Positions 18,507 through 29,605 are shown, counted from the first letter of the stretch. The stretch: DNA of 64,000 bases from Thermodesulfobacteriota bacterium (GCA_965223335.1 OZ244991.1:1824001-1888000); one strand, 5' to 3'. Made by a program: numbers and translations. Notes: a model not told the origin generated them from the letters alone.

Positions 18507-20297
18507 ATGAATATATTAGGTATATCCTGTTATTTCCATGATGCTGCAGCCGCATTGCTAAAAGACGGAGTGCTCGTCGCCGCGGCAGAGGAAGAGCGTT
18601 TCAGCCGTATTAAGCATGACTACGAATTTCCCGAGAACGCTATCAAGTTCTGTCTTGATTACGGAGGGATTACATCTGAGGACATAGATTATGTGATGTT
18701 TTTTGAAAAACCGTTTATAAAGTTCGAGAGGCTTTTGCTTTGCACCATGCAGACCTTTCCCCGTTCGCTGAAACTGTTTAGAGAGGCCATGATCACGTGG
18801 CTCGGCGATAAGTTGTGGATTAAGCATCTATTGGAAAAAAAGCTCAATATACCGCCGTCGAAAATACTCTTTAGCGAGCACCATTTGTCACATGCTGCTA
18901 GCTCTTTTTACTGCTCGCCATTTGAAGAGGCTGCGATACTCACCGTGGACGGAGTGGGTGAGTGGACCACAGCAGCACTGGGTGTGGGCAGGGGCACTGA
19001 GATTAACCTATTAAAAGAGATAAGATTCCCAAACTCCCTTGGGCTTCTATACAGTGCGTTCACCGCGTTTTTGGGGTTTGAGGTAAACGAAGGGGAATAC
19101 AAGGTGATGGGTATGGCGCCTTTCGGTGAGCCTAAGTACGTAGAGAAAATATACGAGTTAATTGATGTAGACGATAGTGGGGGGTTCGAGCTCGACATGG
19201 ACTATTTCTCATTTCACTACTCATCGGAAAAGACATTTAATAAGAAGTTCGAGTCCCTATTCGGCGCCCCCAGGGACCCTGACGCACTGTTCTTTACCGA
19301 CTCAAGCGGCTACCCGACTTACTTCGGGGATAAGCCCGAAAACTACACAGAGCTTGCCAAAGAGAACCAGTACTATGCGGATATAGCAGCTAGTATTCAG
19401 GTCGTGACCGAGCAGGTGATGGTGAAGATGGCCGAGTATGCCTACAAGCAAACGGGATTAAATAAGTTGTGTATGGCAGGGGGGGTTGCGCTAAACAGTG
19501 TGGCCAACAGAAAGATTCTAAATGAAACCCCATTTGAGGAAATATATATTCACCCCGCTGCCGGCGATGGGGGATGTGCAGTGGGTGCAGCACTCTACGG
19601 TTACCACGGCATATTGGGTAAACCGAGGGGTTTTGTAATGGAGCACGCCTATTGGGGACAGGAACACTCCAACGATGAGGTCCGGGCATTTCTCGAAACA
19701 AACGATATCCCTTATGAACACCTGGGTGACGATAAAAAGTTGATTGAACGAACGGTGGATTTCTTGAGTGACGGTAAAGTGATAGGGTGGCACCAGGGGC
19801 GTTTTGAGTGGGGCCCCAGAGCCCTTGGCAACCGCAGTATTCTGGCCGACCCAGGGCGCCATGATATGAAGGACATAGTAAATGTAAAGATTAAGTTCCG
19901 CGAACCCTTTCGGCCGTTTGCACCATCTATACTGGCGGAAAAGGCGCATGAGTACTTTGTGCTGGATAACCCCGAAAAACACTATCCCGCAAGGTTTATG
20001 CTTTTTGTGACGGATGTTGTAGAGGATAAAAAAGAAAAGCTCCCGGCGATCACACACGTTGACGGTACCGGGCGTCTTCAAACGGTGCAAAAGCAGATAA
20101 ACCCTAGGTACTATGATTTAATCAGTAGCTTCGGGGAGGCTACGGGGGTGCCAGTGCTTTTGAACACCTCGTTTAACCTTAAGGGAGAGCCGATAGTTAA
20201 TACACCCGCCGAGGCGTTCAATTCGTTTATGAAGAGCGGGATGGATGTACTGGTTTTGGGGAATCATGTTGTTGATAAAACAAAGATCACTACGTAA
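18507..20297 (+). CDS. Carbamoyltransferase (SxtI/NodU/CmcH family)
   Basis: ILGISCYFHDAAA, EEERFSR, HHLSHAAS, GEYKVMG, GPRALGNRSI, KFREPFRPFAP, NTSFN. Confidence 0.95.
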   Translation: MNILGISCYFHDAAAALLKDGVLVAAAEEERFSRIKHDYEFPENAIKFCLDYGGITSEDIDYVMFFEKPFIKFERLLLCTMQTFPRSLKLFREAMITWLGDKLWIKHLLEKKLNIPPSKILFSEHHLSHAASSFYCSPFEEAAILTVDGVGEWTTAALGVGRGTEINLLKEIRFPNSLGLLYSAFTAFLGFEVNEGEYKVMGMAPFGEPKYVEKIYELIDVDDSGGFELDMDYFSFHYSSEKTFNKKFESLFGAPRDPDALFFTDSSGYPTYFGDKPENYTELAKENQYYADIAASIQVVTEQVMVKMAEYAYKQTGLNKLCMAGGVALNSVANRKILNETPFEEIYIHPAAGDGGCAVGAALYGYHGILGKPRGFVMEHAYWGQEHSNDEVRAFLETNDIPYEHLGDDKKLIERTVDFLSDGKVIGWHQGRFEWGPRALGNRSILADPGRHDMKDIVNVKIKFREPFRPFAPSILAEKAHEYFVLDNPEKHYPARFMLFVTDVVEDKKEKLPAITHVDGTGRLQTVQKQINPRYYDLISSFGEATGVPVLLNTSFNLKGEPIVNTPAEAFNSFMKSGMDVLVLGNHVVDKTKITT

Positions 20298-20370
20298 CAT
20301 AAGAAAGGACCTAAGTAGATTATCACTTTAACAGTGAGTGTAATCAGAAACACCGAGGAGGTTGCAACAC

Positions 20371-20550
20371 ATGTCATTTTTTAAAAGCATTAGTAACAGG
20401 ATGGGTATTTCGGGAGAGCTACTGAGATTTTTCCTCCAGAATAAATGGTGGTGGATTACACCTATGCTGCTTGTGCTTCTGTTGTTCGCTTTCCTAATCG
20501 TATTTGCTCAGGGATCGGCTGTTGCCCCGTTTATTTACACCCTGTTTTAG
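20371..20550 (+). CDS. SxtK/DUF5989-like small membrane protein
   Basis: KWWWITP...TM...SAVAPFIYTLF C-terminus; GAGGAGG RBS. Confidence 0.85.
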   Translation: MSFFKSISNRMGISGELLRFFLQNKWWWITPMLLVLLLFAFLIVFAQGSAVAPFIYTLF

Positions 20551-20660
20551 ACCCGGGGTATTGCAACTCACCCACGGAGCAAAGATTCTGCGCTTTTATA
20601 GCGATGGGACAGACGATAACCCATAGCCTATTTGAGTATTATAGATTTGAGGAGTTATGA

Positions 20661-21781
20661 TTGAGGCTAAGTTTTCTTTATTTAGATGCGTTTTCCAGCC
20701 GCGGTGGGATAGAGAAGTTTAATATGGCATTTATGTATGCCGCCAGAAAGTTGCATGATGAAAACAAAATTAATTTCACCGCATATTCCCTGCATGACAC
20801 TGAGCCTGACAAGCGGTATATAACGGATGATCTATTTAGAGGGTATAAGGGCAGCAAACTTAGATACAGTATAAGCTCCCTCATTAAGGGTTTAAATTCT
20901 GATGTAGTTATATTGGGGCATATTAACCTGGCCCCTATAGGGGTTATGATAAAAACACTAAAAAAAAAACTAAAGTCATTCTTATTACTCATGGCATAGA
21001 GGTCTGGTCCCCGCTTGCAGGCCAAAAGCAGAGAATCTTACACTCCTCGGACCTGATCCTCTCTGTGAGTGAGTTTACAAAACAAAAGATAATCGATGCG
21101 CACGGTGTGGAACCCCGCAAAATAAAAGTATTTCCAAACACAATAGATCCCTTATACGAACCCATAAAACAGTCTAAAAGCAGAAAGCAATTGTATGATG
21201 AATACGGTATCGGGGTTGACACAAAAGTGTTGCTTAGTGCATGTAGACTTTTTTCGACGGAAAGATATAAAGGCTACGACAGAGTGATAAAGGCGTTGCC
21301 GGAAGTAAAGAACAGAGTAGGGGATTTGAGGTATTTGATTGTTGGGCGGGGAGATAAAGAGGAGCTAAACAGGGTAAAAAGGCTTTGCGATGATTCGGGT
21401 GTGAGCGAGGATGTAATTATAATCGGAGAGGTAGGTGAGGAGGTGCTTAAAGAGTTTTATGCTATCGCGGATCTTTTTGTGCTGCCTTCGAAAGGTGAGG
21501 GATTCGGGATAGTGTTTATTGAGGCGCTAATGGAAGGGAATGTGGTTATAGGTGGCAGAGTTGATGCCACCAAAGAAACACTATTGAATGGGGAACTAGG
21601 TATATTGGTCGATCCCGATAACACAGATGAGATCGCAAGTGCTATTTCCGAGGTACTATGCGGAGAGTGTGACAGCAGGTATCTGGATCATCGCTCCCAA
21701 AGGTCTTTGGTCCTTGAGAATTACGGTTTTGGGGTGTTTAAGCAGCGTCTACACGACATAATCCAATCAGTGACAAACTAA
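20661..21781 (+). pseudogene. GT4 glycosyltransferase split by a frameshift in an A10 tract
   Basis: 5' half GGIEKFN; 3' half EGFGIVFIEA; A10 at 20960-20969, and adding one A gives continuous ...KKKTKVILITHGIEVW... Confidence 0.85.
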
Positions 21782-21786
21782 ACCAG

Positions 21787-22608
21787 ATGTCCAATACAAC
21801 AATCATCAAACCAGGAGAGGACTCACTAGTAGGTGAAGTCCGGGAATTCTGGGATTACAGGGAGTTGCTCTATTTCTTTGTCTGGAGAGAGATAAAGGTC
21901 AGGTATAAGCAGACATTTTTTGGAGTAGGGTGGGCAATATTACAGCCGTTTCTCACTATGATAGTGTTCACTATATTCTTCGGTAAAATAGCCAAAATAC
22001 CCTCTGAGGGGATTCCCTACCCCATATTTTCTTACTCCGCTTTGTTGCTTTGGACCTTTTTCACAACGGCTGTCACTTTTTCGGGCAATAGCCTTGTAGG
22101 CAGCGCGCATTTAATCACAAAAGTCTTTTTTCCCCGGTTGATCATCCCGTTCTCAAGCGCGCTTTCGGCCATCGTGGACTATCTGATAGCTATGATAATT
22201 CTTGTCGCTATGATGTTTTATTACGGCATTTTCCCTAGTAAAACGATCATCTATCTGCCTATCATTTGGTTTTTGGGCTTTTTATGTTCCATAGGGTTTG
22301 GGCTTTGGCTTTCCTCCCTAAATGTCAAGTACAGAGATATTAGATTTATAATCCCGTTCTTTATACAGTTATTGCTGTTTGCAACCCCTGTCATATACCC
22401 GACCTCGATACTGCCCGAGAACATAAGCTGGTTGTTAAATTTAAACCCCATCTCGCCCGTAATCGATGCTCATAGGGCGGCACTCCTCGGATACAAGGCG
22501 ATCGATTGGGGGACGTTGGCACTATCGGGGGCTCTATCGAGCTTAATATTCGTTACCGGATTAATCTATTTCCGAAAGACCGAACGGTTTTTTGCAGACA
22601 TCATCTAA
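21787..22608 (+). CDS. wzm: Polysaccharide ABC transporter permease
   Basis: YRELLYFFVWREIKVRYKQT, VFFPRL, YRD, TPVIYP, LNP. Confidence 0.93.
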   Translation: MSNTTIIKPGEDSLVGEVREFWDYRELLYFFVWREIKVRYKQTFFGVGWAILQPFLTMIVFTIFFGKIAKIPSEGIPYPIFSYSALLLWTFFTTAVTFSGNSLVGSAHLITKVFFPRLIIPFSSALSAIVDYLIAMIILVAMMFYYGIFPSKTIIYLPIIWFLGFLCSIGFGLWLSSLNVKYRDIRFIIPFFIQLLLFATPVIYPTSILPENISWLLNLNPISPVIDAHRAALLGYKAIDWGTLALSGALSSLIFVTGLIYFRKTERFFADII

Positions 22609-22609
22609 T

Positions 22610-23911
22610 ATGGGTAATAAAGCAATAGAGGTTGCGGGTCTTGGCAAGCAGTATCAAATAGGCGAGCGACAGGTCTATAATACTTTTAGGGAAGCTGTCA
22701 CACGTGCGTTGAGTGCTCCTTTTAGGCGTTTGCTGGCTCCTCGTCCAGACCCGGCCGAGCATAACAGGGATATGAGGTCTAAGGGGCGCATAGCACATAA
22801 TGCTATTTGGGCGATCCGCGATATATCGTTTGAGGTCGAGCAGGGTGAGATAGTGGGGGTTATAGGGGTAAATGGTGCGGGGAAAAGCACGCTGCTTAAG
22901 GTACTTGCACGTATTACCGAGCCCACCGAGGGAACTGCGCGGATAAAGGGCAGGGTCGGTTCTTTGCTCGAGGTGGGCACCGGGTTTCACCCCGAGTTAA
23001 CCGGCAGAGAGAATATCTATTTCAACGGAGTGTTGCTGGGTATGAAGAGGGCTGAGGTCGAACGTAAATTCGATCAAATAGTAGAGTTTGCGGAGATCGA
23101 GGATTTTTTGGATACCCCTGTGAAACGATATTCATCGGGGATGGCTGTGAGGTTGGCGTTTTCTGTTGCTGCACACCTTGAGCCCGAGATAATGCTTGTG
23201 GACGAGGTGCTTGCAGTCGGGGATTACGCATTTCAGAAGAAATGCCTGGGCAAGATAGGTGAAGTAGCCCGCAGCGGCAGGACAGTCTTATTCGTAAGTC
23301 ATAATCTGGTGTCGGTTGAGAACCTGTGTGATAGTGCCATCTTAATCGAGGGTGGAGAGTTAGTGAGTGCGGGGCGAACGCACGAGGTAATTAATCAATA
23401 CCTTTCCAGGGACCGAAGCACCGAGGGTTCTGTATTGGATCTCTCATCTATAGAGCGCAGGGGTGGCAGCGGTACCGTCCGGTTTAAAGAACTGCATATC
23501 ACGGGGAGCGGCGGCGGGGTAATTCGAAGTGGCGACGGCTTTACGGTCAGGTTTGTCTACAGCTGCACAGAGGCCGTCTCGAAACCTGTGTTTACAGTCA
23601 CAATTTTCACAGATAGGGGAGTCACCGTGTTTGCCATATCTACTCTAGATCTCAATTTTGATCTGCCTCGTATAGAGAATGAAGGTGTGATTGATCTGGT
23701 CATAAAGAGTGCCAACTTGATGCCGGGGAAGTATAATTTACAAATATCAATAGGTGATGCTGTGAATCATCATAAGTACGACCATATTACAAATGCGGCT
23801 GAATTTATCATGGAAGAGGCCAATGTATATGGCACGGGTAAGCTCAATAACACTCATTCGTCAGTTGTTTATTTAGACTGCAGTTGGGAGAGGCAAGATT
23901 TTTCTGAGTGA
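22610..23911 (+). CDS. wzt: Polysaccharide ABC transporter ATPase with Wzt C-terminal domain
   Basis: GVNGAGKST, GFHPELTGREN, YSSGM, VDEVLAVGD; C-terminal 'LMPGKY' Wzt_C; ATG at 22610. Confidence 0.93.
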   Translation: MGNKAIEVAGLGKQYQIGERQVYNTFREAVTRALSAPFRRLLAPRPDPAEHNRDMRSKGRIAHNAIWAIRDISFEVEQGEIVGVIGVNGAGKSTLLKVLARITEPTEGTARIKGRVGSLLEVGTGFHPELTGRENIYFNGVLLGMKRAEVERKFDQIVEFAEIEDFLDTPVKRYSSGMAVRLAFSVAAHLEPEIMLVDEVLAVGDYAFQKKCLGKIGEVARSGRTVLFVSHNLVSVENLCDSAILIEGGELVSAGRTHEVINQYLSRDRSTEGSVLDLSSIERRGGSGTVRFKELHITGSGGGVIRSGDGFTVRFVYSCTEAVSKPVFTVTIFTDRGVTVFAISTLDLNFDLPRIENEGVIDLVIKSANLMPGKYNLQISIGDAVNHHKYDHITNAAEFIMEEANVYGTGKLNNTHSSVVYLDCSWERQDFSE

Positions 23912-23943
23912 ATTCTCTCAGAGTACTTTGGATTGGATTATAT

Positions 23944-24937
23944 ATGCCTAAGGTTAGTGTATTAATTCCTAGCTATAACCACTCGAGGTTTCTTGTAAAA
24001 CGCCTTGATAGTATTTATAACCAAGATTTTAAGGACTTCGAGGTCATATTCCTAGACGATGCCTCCACAGACGATAGTGTACGGGTGTTCCGTGAGTATT
24101 GTCGTGGGAAAAACCCGAGAGAGTTTATCAACCAAACCAATAGCGGGTCGACATACCGTCAGTGGAACAAAGGTATGAGCAAAGCCCGTGGGGAGTATAT
24201 ATGGCTGGCCGAGTCGGATGACTGGGCAGATAATTCATTGCTATCCAAACTGCTGAACATGATGGAACAGAGCGATAATGTCGGGCTTGCTTACTGTCAG
24301 TCTCATTTGGTTGACCACAACGATAAGGTGCTGGGCAGCAATCTGAGGTGGACAGATGATTTGGATGCAGAGCTTTGGGCTGGGGAGTTCGTAATGAACG
24401 GAGCAGAGTTTAGTAAAAACTATTTAACCCATAAGAACGTGATCAACAATGCAAGTGCAACACTGCTTTAGAAAAAGCGTATTAGATAAAGTTGGGCTTA
24501 CTAACGATGATATGAAGCTCTGTGGGGATTGGTTTTTATGGCTAAAGATTCTCCAGGCTTCTGACGTTGCATATACGAGCGAGCATCTCAATTATTTCAG
24601 GAAACATGATGCTACAACCCGCTCTCAATACTCGGAGGATCATATGGCAATGATAGAGGAGTACGATGTGTTAAGGGATGTGGTCGAGAATTTTGATGTG
24701 GCCGGTACCATAGTACACAAAAGGCTTGACGATCTTTGCCACGCATCGGCATCCAGAATTGTTCATAGCGGAAAGCACAACGAGATTGAGAAGCTCTATG
24801 TGATCTCAAGGTTTATCCCTCAGGTTAACAAATATGATCGTTTGGTAGCTCTTAGAGCTATTAAAGCACTTTCACAGATCTACGGCCGAAGGCTATCCAG
24901 GACCGCGAGACGTTCTATGTCGCTTGGTCTTCTATGA
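23944..24937 (+). pseudogene. GT2 glycosyltransferase split by a +1 frameshift at CTT-TAG
   Basis: PKVSVLIPSYNH, DDASTD, AESDD, NASA then stop; +1 frame continues FRKS...GDWFLW. Confidence 0.82.
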
Positions 24938-24964
24938 TAGTAATTCGTCACATAAAACACAATC

Positions 24965-25822
24965 ATGAAAATTGCAGTAATAGGTAGCAGCGGGCAACTT
25001 GGTGCTGAGCTTGTGGAAGAAATTAGCCTACTCGAAAGCATAGATGCACATGAACTCGATAGGTCGAGTGTTGACTGTTCAAGCAAAGAGTCGGTTGAAA
25101 ATGCCCTGCTACCCATAAGACCCGATGTGGTGATTAACTGTGCCGCCTATGTACATGTCGATAGTTGCGAAGACAACCGCGACTTGGCTTTCGGTGTGAA
25201 TTCGGTTGGAGCATTTAATGTAGCCGCAGTTTGTGCGGGGATGGATGCCGAGTGTGTTTACATAAGCACGGATTATGTGTTTGATGGTGCGATGCAAAGG
25301 CCTTACACCGAAGATGATATTCCCATACCGCTCAATGTATATGGTATGTCCAAACTCTGCGGGGAGAGCTTTGTTAGGGGCTCTTGCGAGAAACACTACA
25401 TAATACGATCGTCGGGATTGTACGGTAAAGCCGGCATCAATGGGGGGAAGGGAAATTTTGTCGAGACAATGATAAGACTTGCAAAAAACGGCGAGCCCAT
25501 CCGTGTTGTAAACGATCAGATACTTACACCTACCTATACAAAAGACCTTGCAAAGAAAATATTAGAGCTCATCGATACTCATGAGTATGGTCTCTACCAC
25601 ATCACGAACCAAGGGCAGTGCTCATGGTATGAGTTTGGTAAAAGGGTATTCGATGTGCTCAAATTAAATCCGGACTACAAACCCATTACATCCGGGGAGT
25701 ACGGGTCTTCGGCCAGACGCCCTGCCTACTCAGTGCTTGCCAATAGGGGAATAAAGCGTCTTGATATTAGGCAACCAACATGCTGGGAGGATGCACTGGG
25801 TAATTATCTATCAGAATGGTAG
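24965..25822 (+). CDS. rfbD: dTDP-4-dehydrorhamnose reductase
   Basis: GSSGQLG, ISTDYVFDG, YGMSK, RRPAYSVL. Confidence 0.92.
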   Translation: MKIAVIGSSGQLGAELVEEISLLESIDAHELDRSSVDCSSKESVENALLPIRPDVVINCAAYVHVDSCEDNRDLAFGVNSVGAFNVAAVCAGMDAECVYISTDYVFDGAMQRPYTEDDIPIPLNVYGMSKLCGESFVRGSCEKHYIIRSSGLYGKAGINGGKGNFVETMIRLAKNGEPIRVVNDQILTPTYTKDLAKKILELIDTHEYGLYHITNQGQCSWYEFGKRVFDVLKLNPDYKPITSGEYGSSARRPAYSVLANRGIKRLDIRQPTCWEDALGNYLSEW

Positions 25823-27159
25823 CGATGCTGAGTCAAGACAAGAGAGTTTTACTTTTAAGTGGGTATTACTATCCGGAATCTGTGGGTGGAACTGAAAAGC
25901 ATATCCAGTTGCTAGGTAGTGACCTAGAGTCGATTGGCTGGGATGTATCCATAGCGGCAGCTTCATCTGACGAGACTACGAATCGATATCAATGGCGAGG
26001 TACAGATGTTTATCGCTATCCAATATCAAGTGAACCGAGCAAGTTGGAATTTCGTGAGGAATCTGAGCCCAAGTACATAAGCCAGTTCAAAGAGTTGGTA
26101 GATGAGATTAAACCCAGTGTTGCTCATATTCAATCATTAACCCGCGGCTGCGGGTACTATCACGCCCGTTGTCTCCATGACAACAACATTCCATTGGTTT
26201 TGACAATCCATGTACCGGTGACTTGTAGTCGTGGTTCAATGATGAGGTGGGGCAAAGTTCCTTGCGACGGTAAAATGTTATCAAACCGATGTACTGTATG
26301 CACGCTTCATAAACACGGCGTTCCAAATTTTATAGGTTGGTTGCTATGTCATATGCCAGATTCTATTATCAGTAGAACGAAAAATATGGATAACAAAATA
26401 GGAACCGCATTATCTATGAAAAGTTCAAATTTATCCAGGATAGCGAGGCTAAAGGAACTTTTCGAGATTACATGTAGGATCGTCACTGTCTCAAAGTGGC
26501 TTCGCGATGTCTTAATACTAAATGGGGTACCGAGCAATAAAATAGTAGTGATGAAAAACGGTTTAGATACTGAAGATATTGCGAATTTCAGATCCGTTAA
26601 ACGCAAAGATGATAATAAAGTGAGAATTGGATATATTGGTCGCTTCACAGAAGTCAAGGGGTTGCATGTTTTAGTGAAAGCAATATTATTGACCGATACT
26701 GACATAGGGTGCGAGCTACATGTATACGGACGAATAAATTCTACCGATGACAAAAAATACTATAATCAAGTACAGGAGCTGGCCGGGGGAGATAATCGGA
26801 TCTATTTTTATGATGAGATGACCGATGGGCAACAGTACGAGGTTTATAGAAGTTTTGATATACTAGCTATGCCTTCGCTCTGTTTAGAGAATATGCCCTA
26901 TGTCATACTAGAGGCGTTCGCAGCAAAACTGCCGGTTATGGGTAGCGATTTGGGTGGAATCTCTGAGAACGTGAGACATGATGTCGATGGTGTATTGATA
27001 AAAGCTGGGAATGTAGAGCAATGGGCTGTGGAGATAGCTAATATTTGCAGAAACAAAGAAAGATTAGATAGATTCAGAACCAATATTAAACCAGTTACAA
27101 AAAGCATTGAAGTTGCTCGGGAAATGAACGATCTATACCTTGATTTGATAAATTCCTAA
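25816..27159 (+). CDS. GT4 glycosyltransferase
   Basis: GGTEKH, IGRFTEVKG, ENMPYVILEA. Confidence 0.88.
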   Translation: MVAMLSQDKRVLLLSGYYYPESVGGTEKHIQLLGSDLESIGWDVSIAAASSDETTNRYQWRGTDVYRYPISSEPSKLEFREESEPKYISQFKELVDEIKPSVAHIQSLTRGCGYYHARCLHDNNIPLVLTIHVPVTCSRGSMMRWGKVPCDGKMLSNRCTVCTLHKHGVPNFIGWLLCHMPDSIISRTKNMDNKIGTALSMKSSNLSRIARLKELFEITCRIVTVSKWLRDVLILNGVPSNKIVVMKNGLDTEDIANFRSVKRKDDNKVRIGYIGRFTEVKGLHVLVKAILLTDTDIGCELHVYGRINSTDDKKYYNQVQELAGGDNRIYFYDEMTDGQQYEVYRSFDILAMPSLCLENMPYVILEAFAAKLPVMGSDLGGISENVRHDVDGVLIKAGNVEQWAVEIANICRNKERLDRFRTNIKPVTKSIEVAREMNDLYLDLINS

Positions 27160-27205
27160 TAGTTGACCTACTATTTATTCACAACTGTAATTATTGCACA
27201 AAGCA

Positions 27206-28399
27206 ATGGATAAACAATCTAGAAGAATTATATATGTCCAATATACAAATCCTGCAATCTATCCCCCACTTCAACATAGTTCAAGGATATTTGCCAATCG
27301 AGGATGGCAGGTACTTTGTCTAGGTATATCAAGAGATATCGAAACACGACATTTGAGATTTCCTGATCATAATAATATCGAAATGAAGTATCTGAGTAAT
27401 AAGTATGATAATTTGCCCACATTGTTGCATTACACTTTGTATTTCTTCTGGTTGCTATGGTGGACTATACGTTTTAAACCCAGATTCATATATGCATCAG
27501 ATATTTTATCCACACCTATCGCTTATATACTTAGTTTTTTCTCCAGTGTTCAAGTTATATATCATGAGCATGATACCCCCTTGCCTAAAAAACAATCGAG
27601 ATTCTTTGTGCAATATTGCCATTTTTTTAGATATAGACTGGCGAGAAGGGCTTTTTTATGTTTGATTCCAAATCAAACTAGGACAGAAATCTTTCGTGCC
27701 GAGATGGGTGGGATCACAAACATTAGAACTGTCTGGAACACCCCATCTATCAGTGAGGTTGTAAATCAAAAGGATTTGCATTCTAATAGCAATAAAACTG
27801 ATTTCTGGATTATATTTCATGGTTCGATCGGGCCTGTTCAGGTGAGTTCTTCGCTCTTAAAAGCATTAACATCGTTGCCTGAGACTGTGAAACTTAGAAT
27901 AGTGGGTTATGAGACTATTGGTCACACGGGGTACAAGAATTATTTGTACAACATTGCATGTGAACTAGGAATTGTTCACAGGATCGAAATTCTTGATTCG
28001 CTGCCTAGGTTTCAACTACTCAAAGTTACTCAAATGAATGATCTTGGATTAGTACTATTTCCGATGAAAAGTGAAAATATAAATATTCGATATATGGTAG
28101 GGGCGTCTAATAAGCCATTTGATTATCTAGCTTGTGGCCTACCGATGTTAACTTCAAATCTGCAAGATTGGAATGAGATGTATGTTGATCCCGGCTACGG
28201 ACTAGCATGTGATTCTGATGATCCGCAAAGTATCGCAGCAGCAATTGAGTGGTGTCTCAATCATCGTGAAGAAATGATCGAGATGGGTAAACGGGGAAGG
28301 CATAGGATTATTAATGATTGGAATTATGAAAAGCAGTTTGACCCGGTTTTAGAGCTTGTGGAAAATTCTTATTTACGATTCAATACAGAATATATATAA
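27206..28399 (+). CDS. GT4-like glycosyltransferase
   Basis: YPP, YHEHD, SNKPFDYLACGLP motif; ATG 27206 (track start 27194). Confidence 0.82.
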   Translation: MDKQSRRIIYVQYTNPAIYPPLQHSSRIFANRGWQVLCLGISRDIETRHLRFPDHNNIEMKYLSNKYDNLPTLLHYTLYFFWLLWWTIRFKPRFIYASDILSTPIAYILSFFSSVQVIYHEHDTPLPKKQSRFFVQYCHFFRYRLARRAFLCLIPNQTRTEIFRAEMGGITNIRTVWNTPSISEVVNQKDLHSNSNKTDFWIIFHGSIGPVQVSSSLLKALTSLPETVKLRIVGYETIGHTGYKNYLYNIACELGIVHRIEILDSLPRFQLLKVTQMNDLGLVLFPMKSENINIRYMVGASNKPFDYLACGLPMLTSNLQDWNEMYVDPGYGLACDSDDPQSIAAAIEWCLNHREEMIEMGKRGRHRIINDWNYEKQFDPVLELVENSYLRFNTEYI

Positions 28400-28467
28400 T
28401 CCTTAGCCAATACTGAATAACATATATATATTTAAGTATTTTCATTTCGAGCATTTCTACAATCATA

Positions 28468-29586
28468 ATGAAATATGTTGTAACTACAGTTATGGGTACA
28501 AGTACAATTATAGAAAGCAATAAAATCGAACATGCATTCTTTTCAATATGCATACCACAATTTAATAGAACATCCTTTCTCCTAAAAGCACTTATTGAGT
28601 TGGATGGTCAGACATTTAGAAATTTTGAGGTATGTATATCCGATGACCTTTCTACTGACCGCAGAGAGCATGAGATAATCGAATATCTAGAAAGTTCAGG
28701 TTTATCTTACGCGTATAAAAGACAAGAATCGAATCTCAGATATGATGGAAATCTTAGAGAAAGTATTGCATTAGCAAATGGAAGATATTGTTTCCTTCAT
28801 GGCAATGATGATTGCCTTGCCGCTAGATCAACTCTAGAGGATCTCCATAAGTTGCTAATAGATTACGAGTGTCCCGAAGTTGCTATTACTAATTTTCAGG
28901 ATTATCAATCGGGTGAGATTGTTCACCGAGCCAACCGCAGCAGAATTATAGGTGCTGGTCCTGAAGTAGCTGCCAACCAGTTCCGTAATTTATCTTTTGT
29001 GAGCGGACTTATCTTAAATACTAGTGAAGCACAAAAAATAGCCACGGACAAATGGGATGGTTTTGAGATGTATCAAATGTATATCATCTCTAGAATCATT
29101 GCTTCGGGTGGACGTGTTCTTGCCCTTAACAAATCATCGGTACGCAAGGACATATATATTCCGAATGAACAGGTTGATTCATACAGCAGAAATCCTGTCA
29201 TCGATCCTTGTCCTATTATAGAACGAAAGGTCCATACAGTTGCATATGGAAGACTAGTAGTTGATGCAATTTCGGACTATTTATCTGAAGACAGAAAACG
29301 TAGTGTCTATTTTTGGATTTTTGTTCAGCTTTATATCTTTACTATTTCGTTTTGGATAATAGAGCATAGGAGAATCCAATCATGGAAATATGCTCTGGGT
29401 ATCGCTCTTGGATTTAGACCGAGAAATGTTGTAGGAGATGCCCATATCGGACTATTAAGGTTGTATATCTTAAAATGCATATATCTATTGGTTTGTATAA
29501 TAAGTCTAATAGTCCCACTTGCTGTTATTCAATCTATACTTCCGTTCCTTTATAAAGTATCTAGATATTTTTTCATCGGAAATTAA
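28468..29586 (+). CDS. GT2 glycosyltransferase with C-terminal membrane segments
   Basis: SICIPQFNR, SDDLSTD, GNDD. Confidence 0.82.
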   Translation: MKYVVTTVMGTSTIIESNKIEHAFFSICIPQFNRTSFLLKALIELDGQTFRNFEVCISDDLSTDRREHEIIEYLESSGLSYAYKRQESNLRYDGNLRESIALANGRYCFLHGNDDCLAARSTLEDLHKLLIDYECPEVAITNFQDYQSGEIVHRANRSRIIGAGPEVAANQFRNLSFVSGLILNTSEAQKIATDKWDGFEMYQMYIISRIIASGGRVLALNKSSVRKDIYIPNEQVDSYSRNPVIDPCPIIERKVHTVAYGRLVVDAISDYLSEDRKRSVYFWIFVQLYIFTISFWIIEHRRIQSWKYALGIALGFRPRNVVGDAHIGLLRLYILKCIYLLVCIISLIVPLAVIQSILPFLYKVSRYFFIGN

Positions 29587-29605
29587 CCTTACATACTTTT
29601 AGAAA

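Noticed and set aside
18182..20550. Saxitoxin biosynthesis cluster
   Set aside because: Only sxtI/J/K-like genes; no sxtA, sxtG or other core genes; context is polysaccharide
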